A stretch of 64,000 nt of DNA. Origin: Octopus sinensis. Taxonomy: Eukaryota. Below, in pieces: positions 39,454 to 53,450 of the stretch. Each line of letters opens with the position of its first letter. Position 1 is the first letter of the stretch. The notes under the pieces were generated by a model that saw only the letters and a program-made list of their open reading frames with translations, did not search any database and was not told where the DNA came from. The DNA lies in the NCBI RefSeq assembly GCF_006345805.1, contig NC_043008.1, positions 13,392,001 through 13,456,000 of the forward strand. Reading direction: 5' to 3'. The position numbers and the translations under genes are program-made.

Positions 39454-40408
39454 AGACGATATAAACTGATAAGCTCGCTGTGTGGGTGAATTCTCATCTA
39501 TACCATCATTGAACCATATATCAATTATTTTCCAAAGACAGACGATATATTTTAATTACCTTCAGAAAAAAAAAATATTGTCAAACTAATTCCTGCTCAC
39601 CAATATATACTGAAGGTAGCACCTTCAAAACATGATATCACGCTTATACAAATAACTGGTTTCGTATCTAAGTGAAGCTATTAACGTTGGTTGCCACTAA
39701 TTATTGGGCAATAAAGCTTAGAAAAAAATATATTTAGGAGAAAGATTTGAATAAAATTTTGGCACTTGAAATAAAAATCTGCTTCTTGAGAAAATGATAT
39801 AATGTGGATGCCAGCATGATGCAGTGACAATCAGATTCAGTGACAATCGTTGATATAAAAATTGCTTGCGTACATCTTCATTTGCTTTCTATGTTACTTA
39901 ATGAAATCTTGCGCATATTACAACGTATTCGATGTGGTTTCACTTAGAGAAGAGATTGAATAGAGAGAAGAAACTTTTAGATATAAATCAGAGGATATCT
40001 TTCCTACATCGTTCACTGATAGAAGCAGGGGAATTGACAGTTACGTTTTCATGTACAACTTCTTATAATGATTCTGAGAGATAACATTAGCTTGGAGTTT
40101 TAAAGATTTACTGGTTCATCGAAAATCAGAAGACGAATAAATATATGTAAGAGACAGTAGTGCCGTTTCCATGCCGATAATGTGTCTGTGATGGTTATCT
40201 AAATGATCACAGAATGAAAACTTACATCACTTTAGTACAACCAATGATATGCTTGTTGTCGGGAACGAGGAGATTCAGCAGTATCAGAGTATCACAGTAT
40301 CAGAGACGTATCAGAAATGTTACACATTAGAACAATGGAATGTGGGTGAATTACTGAAGACATTACTGAAGACACTACTGAAGAGCAGAAATAAAGCGAG
40401 CTTAAAAG

Positions 40409-40625
40409 ATAGGGAGAGTTTACGAAAAAAACAAAGGACGAAGACAGGTGGTGTACAAAACAAACAGATGTATTAGTATAACGCTCAGGAATAGAAAAAG
40501 GTATTTTACGTTTCGAGCCTACGCTCTTCTACAGAAAGGGACACAGAAAAACAAGGAGAGAAACAAGGAGAGAAAATAAGGAGAGAGAAAATGGAGAGAA
40601 AAATAGGAGACAAAAAAAGGGGAGA
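40409..40625 (-). mobile_element. Family D element carrying a variant hammerhead-like motif (40503-40538)
   Basis: CUUU CUGUAGA A GAGC GUAG GCUC GAAAC GUA AAAU on the minus strand. Confidence 0.78.
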
Positions 40626-41192
40626 AGATACGCGGACATGAAGTAACGGCAGGAAATCCACATTTATAAAGAAATATGTAGCCACTACAGTATCAGATTT
40701 GAAACCTCGACGAATTGCGTAATGTTGTGACCAAGGCTGGGAGAGAAAGTAAAAGAAAACAATTCTGAACATGGATGGGCCATGAATATTACTTTGGAAC
40801 AACTCAGTTTTGAATTTCTCCTGCCAGACACCTTGGGAAGAGATTTCTACTATAGCGCGGGCCAACTAATAATCTCTAAGACGTAGACAACTATTGTATA
40901 CAAAACTAACGTGTAGCTATATGTATGTATATATGTGTGACAGTATGTATGTATATGTGTATATATATATATATAGGATAAAAGTTTCGAAAACATTTTA
41001 TCAATGGCCAGCATATTAAGAAAAATACATTTAAAGATTAAATTTATCAACAACTTATAAACAGGGGCAAAAGAAAAAAATTCAATGCCAAATATACCGA
41101 AAATAGACTTAATCGTCAATAACTATATAATTTATCACTATAAGCGAGCGCCTCGAAAGTAAGCCGATAGAAATTTCCTTAAAAATTCGTTA

Positions 41193-41254
41193 TTATCGAA
41201 TCGGTCCTAATTTCTGAGTTAATTCATTTAGAATTTTCTCGTCATCAGCGATAA
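41193..41254 (-). ncRNA. Type I hammerhead motif in the left arm of the foldback
   Basis: UUAUCG CUGAUGA C GAG AA AAUUC UAAAU GAAUU AA CUC A GAAA UU AGGACC GA UU CGAUAA; helix I 6 bp, triplet AUU. Confidence 0.62.
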
Positions 41255-41441
41255 ATACGGTAAGGAAATAAATGAGATACTTGTACCCATGGAAGAAGTA
41301 AACACAAAGTCATGAGCACACTTAAGGTATGCTGTGGAATTTCTATTTTGGATATATTTGTGGTACTTAAGTGTACGCATGACTTAGTGTTTACTTCTTC
41401 CATAGGTACAAGTAAGTATCTCATTTAATTTCTTATCGTAT

Positions 41442-41503
41442 TTATCGCTGATGACAAGAAAATTCTAAATGAATTAACTCAGAAATTGTGACCGATCCGA
41501 TAA
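41442..41503 (+). ncRNA. Type I hammerhead motif in the right arm of the foldback
   Basis: UUAUCG CUGAUGA CAAGAAAAUUCUAAAUGAAUUAACUCA GAAA UUG UGAC CGA UC CGAUAA; helix I 6 bp, helix III 4 bp, triplet AUC; base of helix II is a C.A mismatch. Confidence 0.65.
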
Positions 41504-41708
41504 TAAGGTAAGTTTTTAGAAATTTCTATCGGCTTGCATTCGAGACGCGTGCTTATAGTGATAAATTATATAGTTATTGACGATTAAGTCTATTTTCAGC
41601 ATATTTGGCATTGCATTTTTTCCTTTTGCCTTTGTTTATAAGTTACATATATATATATATATATATATACAACTTATAAACAAGGGCAAAAGGAAAGAAA
41701 TGCAATGC

Positions 41709-41853
<145 letters not shown>

Positions 41854-44254
41854 ATATATATATATATATGGGTGTGTGTGTGTGTGTGTGTGCATGTGTG
41901 TGTGTGCATATACATTAATAGTAATACTAATTGCTTTAAATCTAGAATATAATTGTCATAATTTGTAGAAAGCGGTCAATAAATCTGTTAGTCTCTGCTA
42001 GTCCCTGCTGGTCTCTACTGCTCTCTTCCACGATGTATCGATGCATAACGTAGAAAACCAACTCCCTAACGTCTAAATATATTTCTATTACATTTGCAGT
42101 GATCGTCATATTCAATTGGTCGAAATATATTGCCCTTGAAAAGTAGGTTGACGGAAGCATAGCAAACACAGATGTCAAATATAAAATATTTACTTTTGTA
42201 TTAGGAGTAGCCGTATAACAGTCAATGTCCACAATGGTGCTATTCCCTGAGGTAATACTAAGACACTTTTGAATTCAGGAGAAATTCTATTGAGGATATA
42301 TTTGATGATCAAGGAGATAATGGCTTTTCTTCAGTAAGGAAGTATTATGATTGTATTATGTTCAATGATAATTATATACAGTTCTATATTTAAGAGATGA
42401 GTCCCCTTATAGAACTATATTCATAAAAATATATATAACTATATTATCACCTTCAAATTTGAGAAACAAGCACTCATAACATTTTTCCTTTTCAAAATTC
42501 ATTCCATGAGAATTATACCATGAAGTTCCTCGGACTGAGCCGTATCATTTCAGATAAATTAAAATATATATTTTGTTTTTAAAATAAAAGAAAGTTAATT
42601 ATACTTAAATTCAGTTATTTGCCTTATATTTCTTTTCATGATATTTTACGTCACAACGTTTCTGATACAAACTTTTGTTGCATGGAACCAAAACTATGAA
42701 ATTCCTCATGATTTATTCTATAATTGAAGCTAGGATAAATATATTTCACTTAAAAAAATTTTTTTAATGTTATTTACATCTAAACTTCATTGTAGTTGTT
42801 TCTTACTGTCCCATAGCGTTGTTACAAATATTGATGTAAACTTTGTTTTCTGCTGGACCAAATTTCAAATGTTTTATGCCAAAATGTAGCTAGAGACCAA
42901 TCCTCTTCAAAACTGTTAACACTTTTCCATTTGGTTAAGAACTGAATTAGCGACAAAGCTCTGACGAGGCTGCGTGTGAGTAAATTACGTCCTTAAGAAT
43001 ATTATTCAACTGCTACAGTAGTTGAATGATATACACGCAGATAGGAAGTAAATTTTAAATACATCTTAACTCGTGAAAGATATATGAATGCATGCTTTGC
43101 TGTGTTATTGACAGATTAATGTTTAATCTGCTACAAATGCTTAGAATGTCTATTTATTGCACATAATTCACATTCCTTCTTAGATTTGGTGAACTGATTA
43201 AAATAACTTAACATAATCGCTCACAAAACTCTTCAAAAAACTTTCAAGGTATAACCTTGCTTATTATGTTTCTCAACAATAAAAATGGGAAGGTGCTCAT
43301 TAACCTTACTCTGCCTCGTTCCGTTGGTATTGAAACGTGCTTTCATGCAGTCAGCCGGAAGAATTGTATTGTTAAGTAGTCAGCTAGAAATTGTCCAGTG
43401 CTCTCCGTAACTTAGTAATTATTTCATGCAAGAATACAAAAACCGTTTGCGGATATATCTTCCGTATTACAACTGCGACGAATTGCTAATAAAAATACAG
43501 ATCTGGTACACTGGCTTAATAAGAAATGGATATATGCATAACGATTGTACACCTATAGGAAGATATATTGCTCCGAAGCTATTAATGCATTTCAGGTCTT
43601 GAAAGAAAAATATAACTAGCCTTTAAGGGAACCCGGAGAACATTGCTAGAGCAAAATAGGGTTTGAAAATTTCGTAGCATGTAAATAAAATACAACGCTT
43701 TTGATGGATTGTTGCAAATTTGCTGTTGTAATTTCATAGCAATGCGTGACAGAAATTGTTGGAGAACGGAACAAATAAATTGGTAAATTACCAATTAGGA
43801 AGGCACCGCAAACAATGGTGAAGAATAATGTGAATGAAGAAAATAACAAGAATAATTGAAGATCCTCGTATGCTTATAGTACCACAAAAAACAGCGTAAT
43901 ATTTTTATTGCTCTATACAATAACAGGCAAATGTAGAGAAATAATAATATAAGTGACGACAATATTCGACACAGAAAACTACTTATTTATTTACTCATAT
44001 TCATAAAACATTGACGCAGAGGTGCCTCTGAAATTAACACGCAGTTTAGCATATATATGATTGTAGTCGTGCCTACGCATAAAACCTCATGCTGCACATA
44101 AGATGTATATGTTTATATACACCCAAATACACCAATATCTAGAGACTCACCAATATACATAAACATCATTTTCTCAATATAATCAATATATACATACACA
44201 TATGATATGCATGCATTTTGTATACATATATACGTACACAGATACGTATCCATT

Positions 44255-44397
44255 GTTTATTTCCTAGTGTTCCTTTCTGTGGAGGAGCGTAGTCTCGAAA
44301 TCTAAGGCTTTCTTACCTTCCCGAGCATCAAACCGATACACTTGCTTGTTGTTTATGCACCTATACACCTGTCTTCATCTTTTTTTTTATCTACATT

Positions 44398-44402
<5 letters not shown>
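44255..44402 (+). mobile_element. Family D element, degenerate
   Basis: cctttctgtggaggagcgtagtctcgaaatct resembles 31779-31814; ends at (TA)n. Confidence 0.55.
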
Positions 44403-44436
<34 letters not shown>

Positions 44437-44437
<1 letters not shown>

Positions 44438-44698
44438 TTTAGAGATAGTAGGCCCCCTACATCTCACCATATAAAAAGAATTTCTATTTTTATTTTAAAT
44501 ACCAACTGTTTTATTACTTGGCAACACGTGTTTCATGAGGTACATCCTCATGGGTTCCAGGGAAACACGGAATGGTTTAGGAACGCCAGGATGTACCTCA
44601 TGAAACACGTGTTGCAAAGTAATAAAACAGTAGGTATTTAAAATAAGAATAAAAATTATTTTTATACGATGAGATATAGGGGTCTACTATCTCTAAAT
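44437..44698. mobile_element. 262-bp foldback/MITE-like element
   Basis: Arms 44437-44548 and 44588-44698 are imperfect reverse complements; 39-bp spacer. Confidence 0.88.
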
Positions 44699-46084
44699 CA
44701 AAATATATTTCTTCATTGAGAATAATTTGAACCTCTGGCGGAAGTGTTTATATTGAAAGTGAAGCAAGATGCTAAAGAAAGGATGGGGCTGAGGATTTCT
44801 ATCGATAAATATAGATTTAAAATAGTTTCTAGTTGATATTTCAAGAAACATGCATATCGCATATCAATTGATCATTTCATAGATTATAATTTTTACTACA
44901 CCTGAGTTGGAATTTAATCAAATTTTGTTATATCAAAAGACAAAAAATAGGTATTACTCTCCAAAGGTAACTTGTTATATATTCTTTAACTGAATTTTAA
45001 ATATTATATTTTTCTTAAGTTGGGTGGAAATTCTGTTGTATGATTTACATTCTATCCGTTATGTAATTTATAATTTAACTAACGTGATCACATTCGACAT
45101 TCTGACATTCGTAGTAAAAGATAATACGCGCGTGCAGATCAGAGAAAAGAAAGATAAGGCGTTCGGATTATATGCACACACAAACACACACATATACATA
45201 CATATTTGTGTGTGTGTGTGTGTGATTTTTAATAAACCTGCTGGATAGTATGTGTGTATGCATGCTTGTATATATATATATATATGGACATATATACATA
45301 TATATGTAAGTATGCGTACATATCTATGCACCTAGAGGTACGTGTGTGTGTTAGTGTGTGTGTATGTGTATGTGTGTGTGTGTGTGTATGTGTGCCGGGT
45401 TGTATGATATATCACCAAGTACTCAACATCGGAGTGAAAGCATTTTTCTTGTTAAGGTTTGTAAGCTTTATTATATCCACAAAAAAATGTTTGTAAAAGC
45501 CCAGTTAATTCCTTATTACATACAAATGCCGATAACAAATGAAGCCATTGACGCTGGGCACAACAGCGAATAAACCTCGTCTCAGATTCATAATAGTTAT
45601 TTAATCATGAGTACGTCGCACTCAAAGCGTGTCAATATCCATAACCCCATAATTTGACGTTCTTCTATCACTTTGTCTCAAACAGTTTACTCCGAACTGC
45701 GAAAATCAATGCTTCCTTTTTAAGGTAATAGGGTGCAATGTGGATATAATGCGTTTATTTTGCATATTACGTCAAGCGAAAGAATCATTTTTGCTATAGT
45801 GATTGTATTTCGTCAAGAAAATATATAACTGTGAAACAGAAAAAGTAAGACATTATAGAACAAATTTCTTTTCATAAAAAATTAACTTGCTTCAGTTTTA
45901 CTTGATATTGAGGGACACATCGTGACAGAGGTCAAAGATTTTGACATCATGAATATGTAAAGGGAAACCCAAATTTCTTTATCGCTTCGTTTTATTATAC
46001 AACACATATAAATGTTCTTTTAAACATTTTCTTTATATTTTTCGTTTTCTACGTATATCTGACCACAAGCAAACATTAACTGCA

Positions 46085-46391
46085 CATACATACATACATA
46101 CACGCTTACAAATATATATATATATATATATATACGAATGTATGTATGTATGAATATATATATATCTATATGTATGTATATATATATATATATGAATGTA
46201 TGTATATATATATATAAATGTATGTATGTATTTATATATATATGAATGTATGTATGTATATATATATATATTATATGTATATATATATGTATATATATAT
46301 GTATATATATATATATATATGTGAATGTATGTATATATATATATGTATGCATATATATATGAATGTATGTATGTATTTATGTATGTATATA

Positions 46392-46429
<38 letters not shown>

Positions 46430-46548
46430 AATGTATGTATATATATATATATATATGAATGTATGTATGTATTTATATATATATGTATATATATTATATA
46501 TGTATGCATATATATATGAATGTATGTATGTATTTATGTATGTATATA

Positions 46549-46579
<31 letters not shown>

Positions 46580-46835
46580 CTATGTGTGTATATATATATA
46601 TATATGTATATAATATATATATGTATGTATATATATATGTATATATATTTATATATGTATGTATGTATATATATATATATATACATGTATATCATATATA
46701 TATATATATGTTTGTATATGTTTGTGTGTGTTTGTGTATGTATTTATATACGTATGTATGTATACATGCTTGTATATAGAAATACATATATATATGTGTG
46801 TGTGTGTATGTGTGTGTGCATGTGTGTGTATACAT
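46085..46835. repeat. Compound (TA)/(TATG) microsatellite with internal block duplications
   Basis: Directly visible; repeated atatgaatgtatgtatgtattt blocks. Confidence 0.92.
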
Positions 46836-47629
46836 ATACCTCGAGGGAAATAGTATAAATTCCTTCAAATATAAATATTCTGTTACTATGCGGACGCCAT
46901 GAAAGGACAAAAGCATACTGAAACGAAGAAACATAACCAAAAAGCGATAAAAACTTCAAAAGAAAAAGGACAATGAATAAATCAAATTTTTCTTCTTACT
47001 ATTATAAACAGCACAAATGAACATTTCCAATCCAGCTGCGACCCATAAACATCACACTGAACGTGGCAATCGGATTTCCATTACGCCCTTTCTTTTTCAC
47101 TCTCTCACTTTCAATAGTTAAGTCCTCCTAAATCAAACAGACAGCAGAAATCCTTTTCTTTCTAATGGCATGTCTTTCTTCAGAACAATTATTACGTAGT
47201 AATGGATTGTAAACATTTGTTCCTGGAAAATAATTAACTCACTCGTAACGTATGCATACACGCTATTGTTCGTCTCGTGTAATTAAGAAGCAGAACAATG
47301 GTGATGTTAATAATAATAGTAATAATAACAACAACAACAAAAATAATAATAATAACAATAATAGTGATAATAATGTTTTCATTTATTTGCCATCAGCGCA
47401 AAGAATGGGGAGAACAATACAAAGACAGAGACAAAGTGTGGGTGTTTATAAATAATGAAATCTTAAATGAATTATAATTTTTTTTATAAAAGTAATATAC
47501 ACAGTATACAACGAAAAGGAAGGGGCACATACGTAGTATACAAAGACCTAGAAAAGGTGGTGCATAATAAAGATACAGGTTTACCTATTGGGATAATCGA
47601 GGAATACTAATAATAAGAAGAATCCCTTC

Positions 47630-47997
47630 TACTGAAGGCACGAGGCCTTTAATTTTATTGAGGAAGGGACAAGTCGATTATATCGACCCCACTGCTTGCT
47701 TCAGTGGTGCTTAATTTATCGACCCGGAAAGGATGAAAGGCAAAGTGGATCTCGGTGGAATTTGAACTTAGAATGTAGTCACGGGCGAAATACCTATTTC
47801 TTTACTACCCAGAAGGGGCTAAACACAGAGAGGACAAACAAGGACAGACAAACGGATTACGTCGATTATATCGACCCCAGTGCGTAACTGGTACTTATTT
47901 AATCGACCCCGAAAGGGTGAAAAGCAACGTCGACCTCGGCGGAATTTGAACTCAGAACTTAACGGCAGGCGAAATACCGCTAAGCATTTCGCCCGGC
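47630..47997 (-). mobile_element. SINE family B, dimeric, head truncated
   Basis: Reverse complement of the 32523 type. Confidence 0.88.
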
Positions 47998-48032
47998 TAA
48001 AAATGATAATGGTAATAATAATAAAAGTAATA

Positions 48033-48070
<38 letters not shown>

Positions 48071-48199
48071 AATTGTGAGGATTTCTTTTATTTGCCGCCA
48101 GAGCGAAGGATGAGGAGGACAATACAAAGACCGTGTGGGGTTTTACTTATAATGGAACGATAAAATATGAGAAGGCAAGTATACATATTATATGACACT

Positions 48200-49030
48200 A
48201 GAAAAAAAAGAGATCGCCATGGGAACACCCTGATTCAAGAGGACCTCTATGGATAATCAAGGAATCCCAACATCCAAGATCACCCTTAGTACCAACGATG
48301 AGAGCCCATTCCAACTTCTTTCTTCCGACTCGCAGGTGTACACTAAGAGTACTTGCATCCACTCTTGCCATTAGCAAATCTTTCACTCACATTTCATAAA
48401 TTCCCTCCAGGTTTGCACCTTCCTCTCACACCTTCACTTTCCTTTTCATGTGAAACATGAATAAGTCGATGAGGGCTCTACCTAAGAGAATAATACTGCA
48501 GTACCAGGCAGTAGCTCACATGGCTTCTGTCTTAACTGATTGGAAGTGTTATGTACATTATTTTGTCTTGCTACAATAGATGGGCTACAGCAAATATTCT
48601 GCTCAATACCTTAGTTTTGTTTGTCAGTTCTTTGACCATAACCAGTTGATCATGTTTCTTAGTGGCTGAAGATATGCGCATCTCTGATCATGAGCAGAAG
48701 TAGTGACGAAGCATCATAGCCATGTGCTGAAAGGAATTCTTACGAGCTTGGATGATTCACCTTTGGAAACATGGGTGTTTCGTTCAGCATCTTTAAACAG
48801 CCCCTATTCAGGGACCTTTTGGGCAGTCTAGGCTACTCGACCTGAGGAAAATACTAACTGGGCCCCCCACCTACAAGGTCATGCGTTGTTTATCTTGATG
48901 TAGGATCACCATATCGCGCACATATGGTTGTGGTGCATGTGTCCTTATCAGACGGGTAGTCATGATGAGTATACTGGGAATCGTATATTTGTATCCCAGT
49001 GTCACTTTGATAACATGCATTGTTTTCTCA
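48200..49030 (-). mobile_element. Interspersed repeat, possibly the 5' part of an RTE-clade LINE
   Basis: GC-elevated non-coding block I recall as a common octopus repeat; gctctcatcgttggtactaagggt (minus strand) resembles a decayed APE N-terminal TLNVGTxKG. Weak. Confidence 0.35.
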
Positions 49031-49285
49031 CCCGGGAAGAAGACGAAGAAGAAGATGATGATGATGATGATGATTAAAAAGAAGATACAGAGACGATAAT
49101 GATGGCTTCAAATTATGTCACGAGGCCTGCAGTCAAGCTGACGCACCCTCATCTATGTGTAGCGTCTGAGATCGTTGCGTAGGTGGCCTTCATTCCAACT
49201 GCTCCACGAGTAACGAGCATCCCTCGTAAATACTCGAAGTAAAGTCGTGCTGGAAGAAAGGGGTGGGTATCATTTATCTGTCGCC

Positions 49286-49468
49286 TCTTTCAGTCATTAT
49301 ACTACGGCCATGCTGGGGCTCCACCATGAAGCATTTTAGTCGAAAGAATCCACTCTGGTACTTATTTTTTTAACCCACTCACAAGGCTTTGGTCGGCCCG
49401 AGACTACAGTAGAAGGCACTAAATTTCTCAAGGAGCCATGCAGTGGGATTGTACCCAGAACCATGTGA
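49286..49468 (-). mobile_element. SINE family A, degraded and internally deleted
   Basis: tttcagtcatt..ggccatgctgg tail joined to ccactcacaaggctttggtcggcccg core. Confidence 0.7.
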
Positions 49469-50434
49469 GGTATATCGAGGGGGATATTTCAAAATATTCC
49501 GGTAGAAAAATTGGTTATCCGTCGTTCCGGTTCATTGTTTTTTCCTCCAACGTTTTACTCTTTTAATAAAAGTCCTTCGAAAATCTGCCATCCCGGTGAG
49601 ATATATTGTTTTTATCCTGTTAGATGTTTCTCATGTCGTTGTTAAGAATTGTAAATGTGAATTCCTATATTATTTGTCAGATGTGATCAATTCATTAAAT
49701 GGGGTGATTGACCCTTTATGTATATTGTACATAAAATCTTCATTGTATCTATGCAGGTCATTATCTCTCTTCGTTGGATTACCCGGTGGTCTTGATTTGT
49801 TGTATTTTCGTTGGAGATCAAATTGTGATCATAGAGTTTTCAGCATTGATAATGTTTGTGTTGGCGCTATTGCATGTGGTGTTCGTGTTAATATTAGATT
49901 TCCATCAAGTCCCATCGGGTGAAATCCGCACGATGTTTACAATAGTATATTAGTTTTTGACATCTTCCCACTTCCCATCCATTCCTATGGGAACACTTTT
50001 CCAATTTTCATCTTTATCGCTGTCATTGCGAGAAATACATGAACGATCTGAAGAGGGAGTATATGATATGCGGTTTGGTGATTCTTTTGCTGATGTTGGT
50101 GATGCTTTTATCTATATCGTCGTGGCTTTAAAGAGCGGGGTTTTGTTATTGAGCTGCACGATGTTACTACTTCTATTGTTGCCGATGTTCTTGCTGCTGC
50201 AACAGTCGGTTATAACAATGAGAACGAGGTTTAGACATTTACGTCAAATATCTACAATGGGAAGAATCAACTTAACTGGAGTCAGAATGAATTAAAATAA
50301 ATACACACACTAAATGAAACAATTACGAAAAAAAGAAGTATTCCAAATAAATAAATGAGATGCTATAATACAATACAGAGAATTAGAAAAGTATGTTAAC
50401 ATGTATTACATTGTACACAAATATTAAAATCTGT

Positions 50435-50781
50435 TACTCTTTTTTCTTGTTTCAGTCATTTGACTGTGGCCATGCTGGAGCACCGCCTTTAGTCGAGCAA
50501 ATCGACCCCAGGAATTATTCTTTGTAAGCCTAGTACTTATTCTATCAGTTTCATTTGCCGAACCGCTAATGTTACGGAGACGTAAACACACCAGCATCGG
50601 TTGTCAACCGATGTTTGGGAGACAAGCACAGACGCAGAAACATATACATGCATACATACATACATATATACGACGGGCTTCTTTCAGTTTCCGTCTACCA
50701 AATCCACTCACAAGGTTTTCGTCGGCCCCAGGCTATAGCAGAAGACACTTGCCCAAGGTGCCACGCAGAGGGACTGAACCC
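50435..50781 (-). mobile_element. SINE family A, 5'-truncated
   Basis: Reverse complement of the core and tail of the 8067 type. Confidence 0.9.
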
Positions 50782-51000
50782 ATATATAGATGTGGAGGAG
50801 GCTCAATCAAATGAAGTATCATCCAATACTATCGGTCAAGAAGTTGTAGTGCTCAAACGAAGACCATAAACGAAGCAGTGTCCGGTGGGTTAGAATTCCT
50901 TGGCATAGTGATTTAGTACAACAATTCTACAATAACAAGCTGGGCTCGTATTTGTGTACCTATATACACACACAACAAAAATTCATACTTCAACAACTAA

Positions 51001-51066
51001 CATATCGATGAGAATATCGATATAGGAGAACATATCGATATAGGAGAATATATTGATGTAGGAAAA
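51001..51066. repeat. Short 18-bp tandem repeat (about 3 copies, atatcgatataggagaac)
   Basis: Directly visible. Confidence 0.75.
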
Positions 51067-51541
51067 CTGTATAAATGAAATTATGTAATGGATATATGAC
51101 GAATAGGCTAACTTTAGTTAACTTCTAACGCGAAATAAGAAATATTTGACGTTAAATAAGGTGCTATTCAGTCTTAAATATTCTCCATATGTAAACAGAA
51201 AATTAGTTATCAGAAAAGCAATATATATCTTCCAAAAGCATGTTATGTAAAATATATAAATTTTATTAGTTTTTAATACCTTATATAGACGTCGATAGTA
51301 TCATTATCTAAAACGGTTTTACGTTGCATTTTTTTTCACCCGTCTGTTCCATTGCTTTATAAATTTTCCCTGCATTAAATCTAAACTAAATCACGACGCA
51401 CATGAAAATATTTGTTCGAAAAAGTAAAATCGATCGAATATAATTAGGTAAAGTACAAGCAAAACTCGTAATACAAACGCAACTACCTAACATTAAAAAA
51501 ATAATAATTGCATTAAAATCACCATTTATTGAATATGCATA

Positions 51542-51614
<73 letters not shown>

Positions 51615-52492
51615 TATATATATATATATATATATACATATATATGTATATATATATATATATATATATACATATATACACATAGACAAATATATATATA
51701 TGCATATATACATTTATATATACACATATATACACATATATAAATATATATATAAGCATATATATATATACGCAGACATCAGTTGGTAAAAAGGCAGCTA
51801 CAGATTTCTGTATGCTCGTTTTGTATTTCTAGTTTTATACTTTTTAAAAAAGTAATATATAACATTGTATACTTCAAATCAATTTCCCATTCTCAGTATG
51901 AAAATAATAAGCTGCAAATAAATTTCCACATACTTCCTAAAGTATTTAGTATTTTATATATATATATATATATTGTTTAGGATTCGAGATGAAAGGAAAT
52001 ATAAGTAGTAGTGTAGTTGTTATTGTTGTTATTGTTTTCGGCGTCAGTATTATTATTAGCTCTAATGTTGTTGTTATTTTTCTATCTTTATTATAATAAC
52101 TACTTTAGCATAACATTACTACTATAATTTTCTATTATTTCTACTGTTACAATAATCGTGTTCCTTAGACATCAGATAATTTTCAATAAAGAAAGAAATG
52201 TAAATATATATGTAGAAGCATTTGTGTATCCATTTTACACAGGTATAAACATCCTAATATGGAAAGCCATACATTTGCTTGAATAATTTAATTACGTAAT
52301 CGATGAAAAAGAATAGGAATCCACGAAATATTTATGAAAAAAACTGTCATATTTTGCGCTGTATATCTTTGTTAGTAAACGAAGTAAATTAGCATTTTGT
52401 GGTGGGTTCTGTTTTCAATGATATACCTGCATAATGTATAATTACATACATATCTGCAGTCACCCGTATACGCACGTATATGTATCCTTTAT

Positions 52493-52720
52493 TTTTTACT
52501 TGTTTCAGTCATTTGACTGCGGCCGGGCTGGGCCACTTCTTTGAACGTTTGGGAGTCAAAGAATTCAGCAACCCAGAACATTTTTTTAAGTGGGACTTAT
52601 CCTATCGGTCTCTTTTGCCGAACAGCTGTATTAGGGGTACGAAAACACACCAACACCGGTTGTCAAGAGGTGCTTGTGGTACAAAAACATGCACAACGAC
52701 ATGTACACACACACACACAC
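52493..52720 (-). mobile_element. SINE family A-related 3' half, diverged
   Basis: acttgtttcagtcatttgactgcggcc..tcttttgccgaac..ggttgtcaag. Confidence 0.72.
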
Positions 52721-52742
52721 AGATCCATCTATCTATCTATCT

Positions 52743-53099
52743 GTTTCAAAAAAGATGGGTGAATGTAGCAAGGATGGCACGTATAAATGACGAAGCCACC
52801 TTGTGCATAATCCTATGAACCCGAAAAAATTTAAAACAGAGGGTTACCTTCTTGAAAACAAATGTGTTAACAGGTGACATTATTGACCGAGGTTACCGTG
52901 GTCTTTTCCGTAGGCTTTCCTTTCCACGGAAAAACCCTAACACCTTCCCCCTTTACACAATGGCGTTTTTTCTATTCTTTCTCTTTTACGATCCCTTTTG
53001 ATCGAAAACCTACCCCACTTTTTTTTCTCCAATAAAGGAAAGCTCTACTTTGTAATCTGTCCCGTCTGTGTGCAGCCCTTTGTGTCTAATAAAGAAACA

Positions 53100-53100
<1 letters not shown>
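52743..53100 (+). mobile_element. Tx1/L1-clade LINE 3' end, same family as 15006-16120
   Basis: Encodes FQKRWVNVARMARINDEATLCIIL*; shares UTR gaccgaggttaccgtggtcttttccgtagg; both ends abut (ATCT)n. Confidence 0.88.
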
Positions 53101-53133
<33 letters not shown>

Positions 53134-53153
53134 CTATCTATCTATCTGCATAT

Positions 53154-53213
<60 letters not shown>

Positions 53214-53370
53214 GCGCACTCTTATTCTATCTCTTTTCTGTCTATCTCCCTCTCTTATACTTCTTCCGTTCTGTTTGTCTCACTCACCCTTTCCCTATTT
53301 TTCTCTCCGATATATTGATAATATTTTATTTATATCTTAAAAAGATTTTTGTCATCAGAAACAGTCACAA

Positions 53371-53450
53371 GTGTGTCTGTGCGGTAAGAGGGCTTGATTC
53401 CCAACCATATGTTTCCGGGCTCAGTCCCATTGTGTGTCACCTTGGGCAAG
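53371..53450 (+). mobile_element. SINE family A head fragment
   Basis: gcggtaag..ccaaccatatgtttccgggctcagtccc..caccttgggcaag. Confidence 0.65.

Larger units (their letters stand above)
41052..41644. mobile_element. 593-bp foldback element (arms about 280 bp, 34-bp spacer)
   Basis: 41052-41329 is the imperfect reverse complement of 41364-41644. Confidence 0.92.

Noticed and set aside
41942-42232. 96-aa minus-strand ORF, and a 43-nt plus-strand ag/gt-bounded segment within it
   Set aside because: I recognise no homology, and the length is compatible with chance in 64 kb.
49560-50300. Possible decayed LINE ORF1 (esterase-like) on the minus strand
   Set aside because: It has many stops and no motif clear enough to assign.
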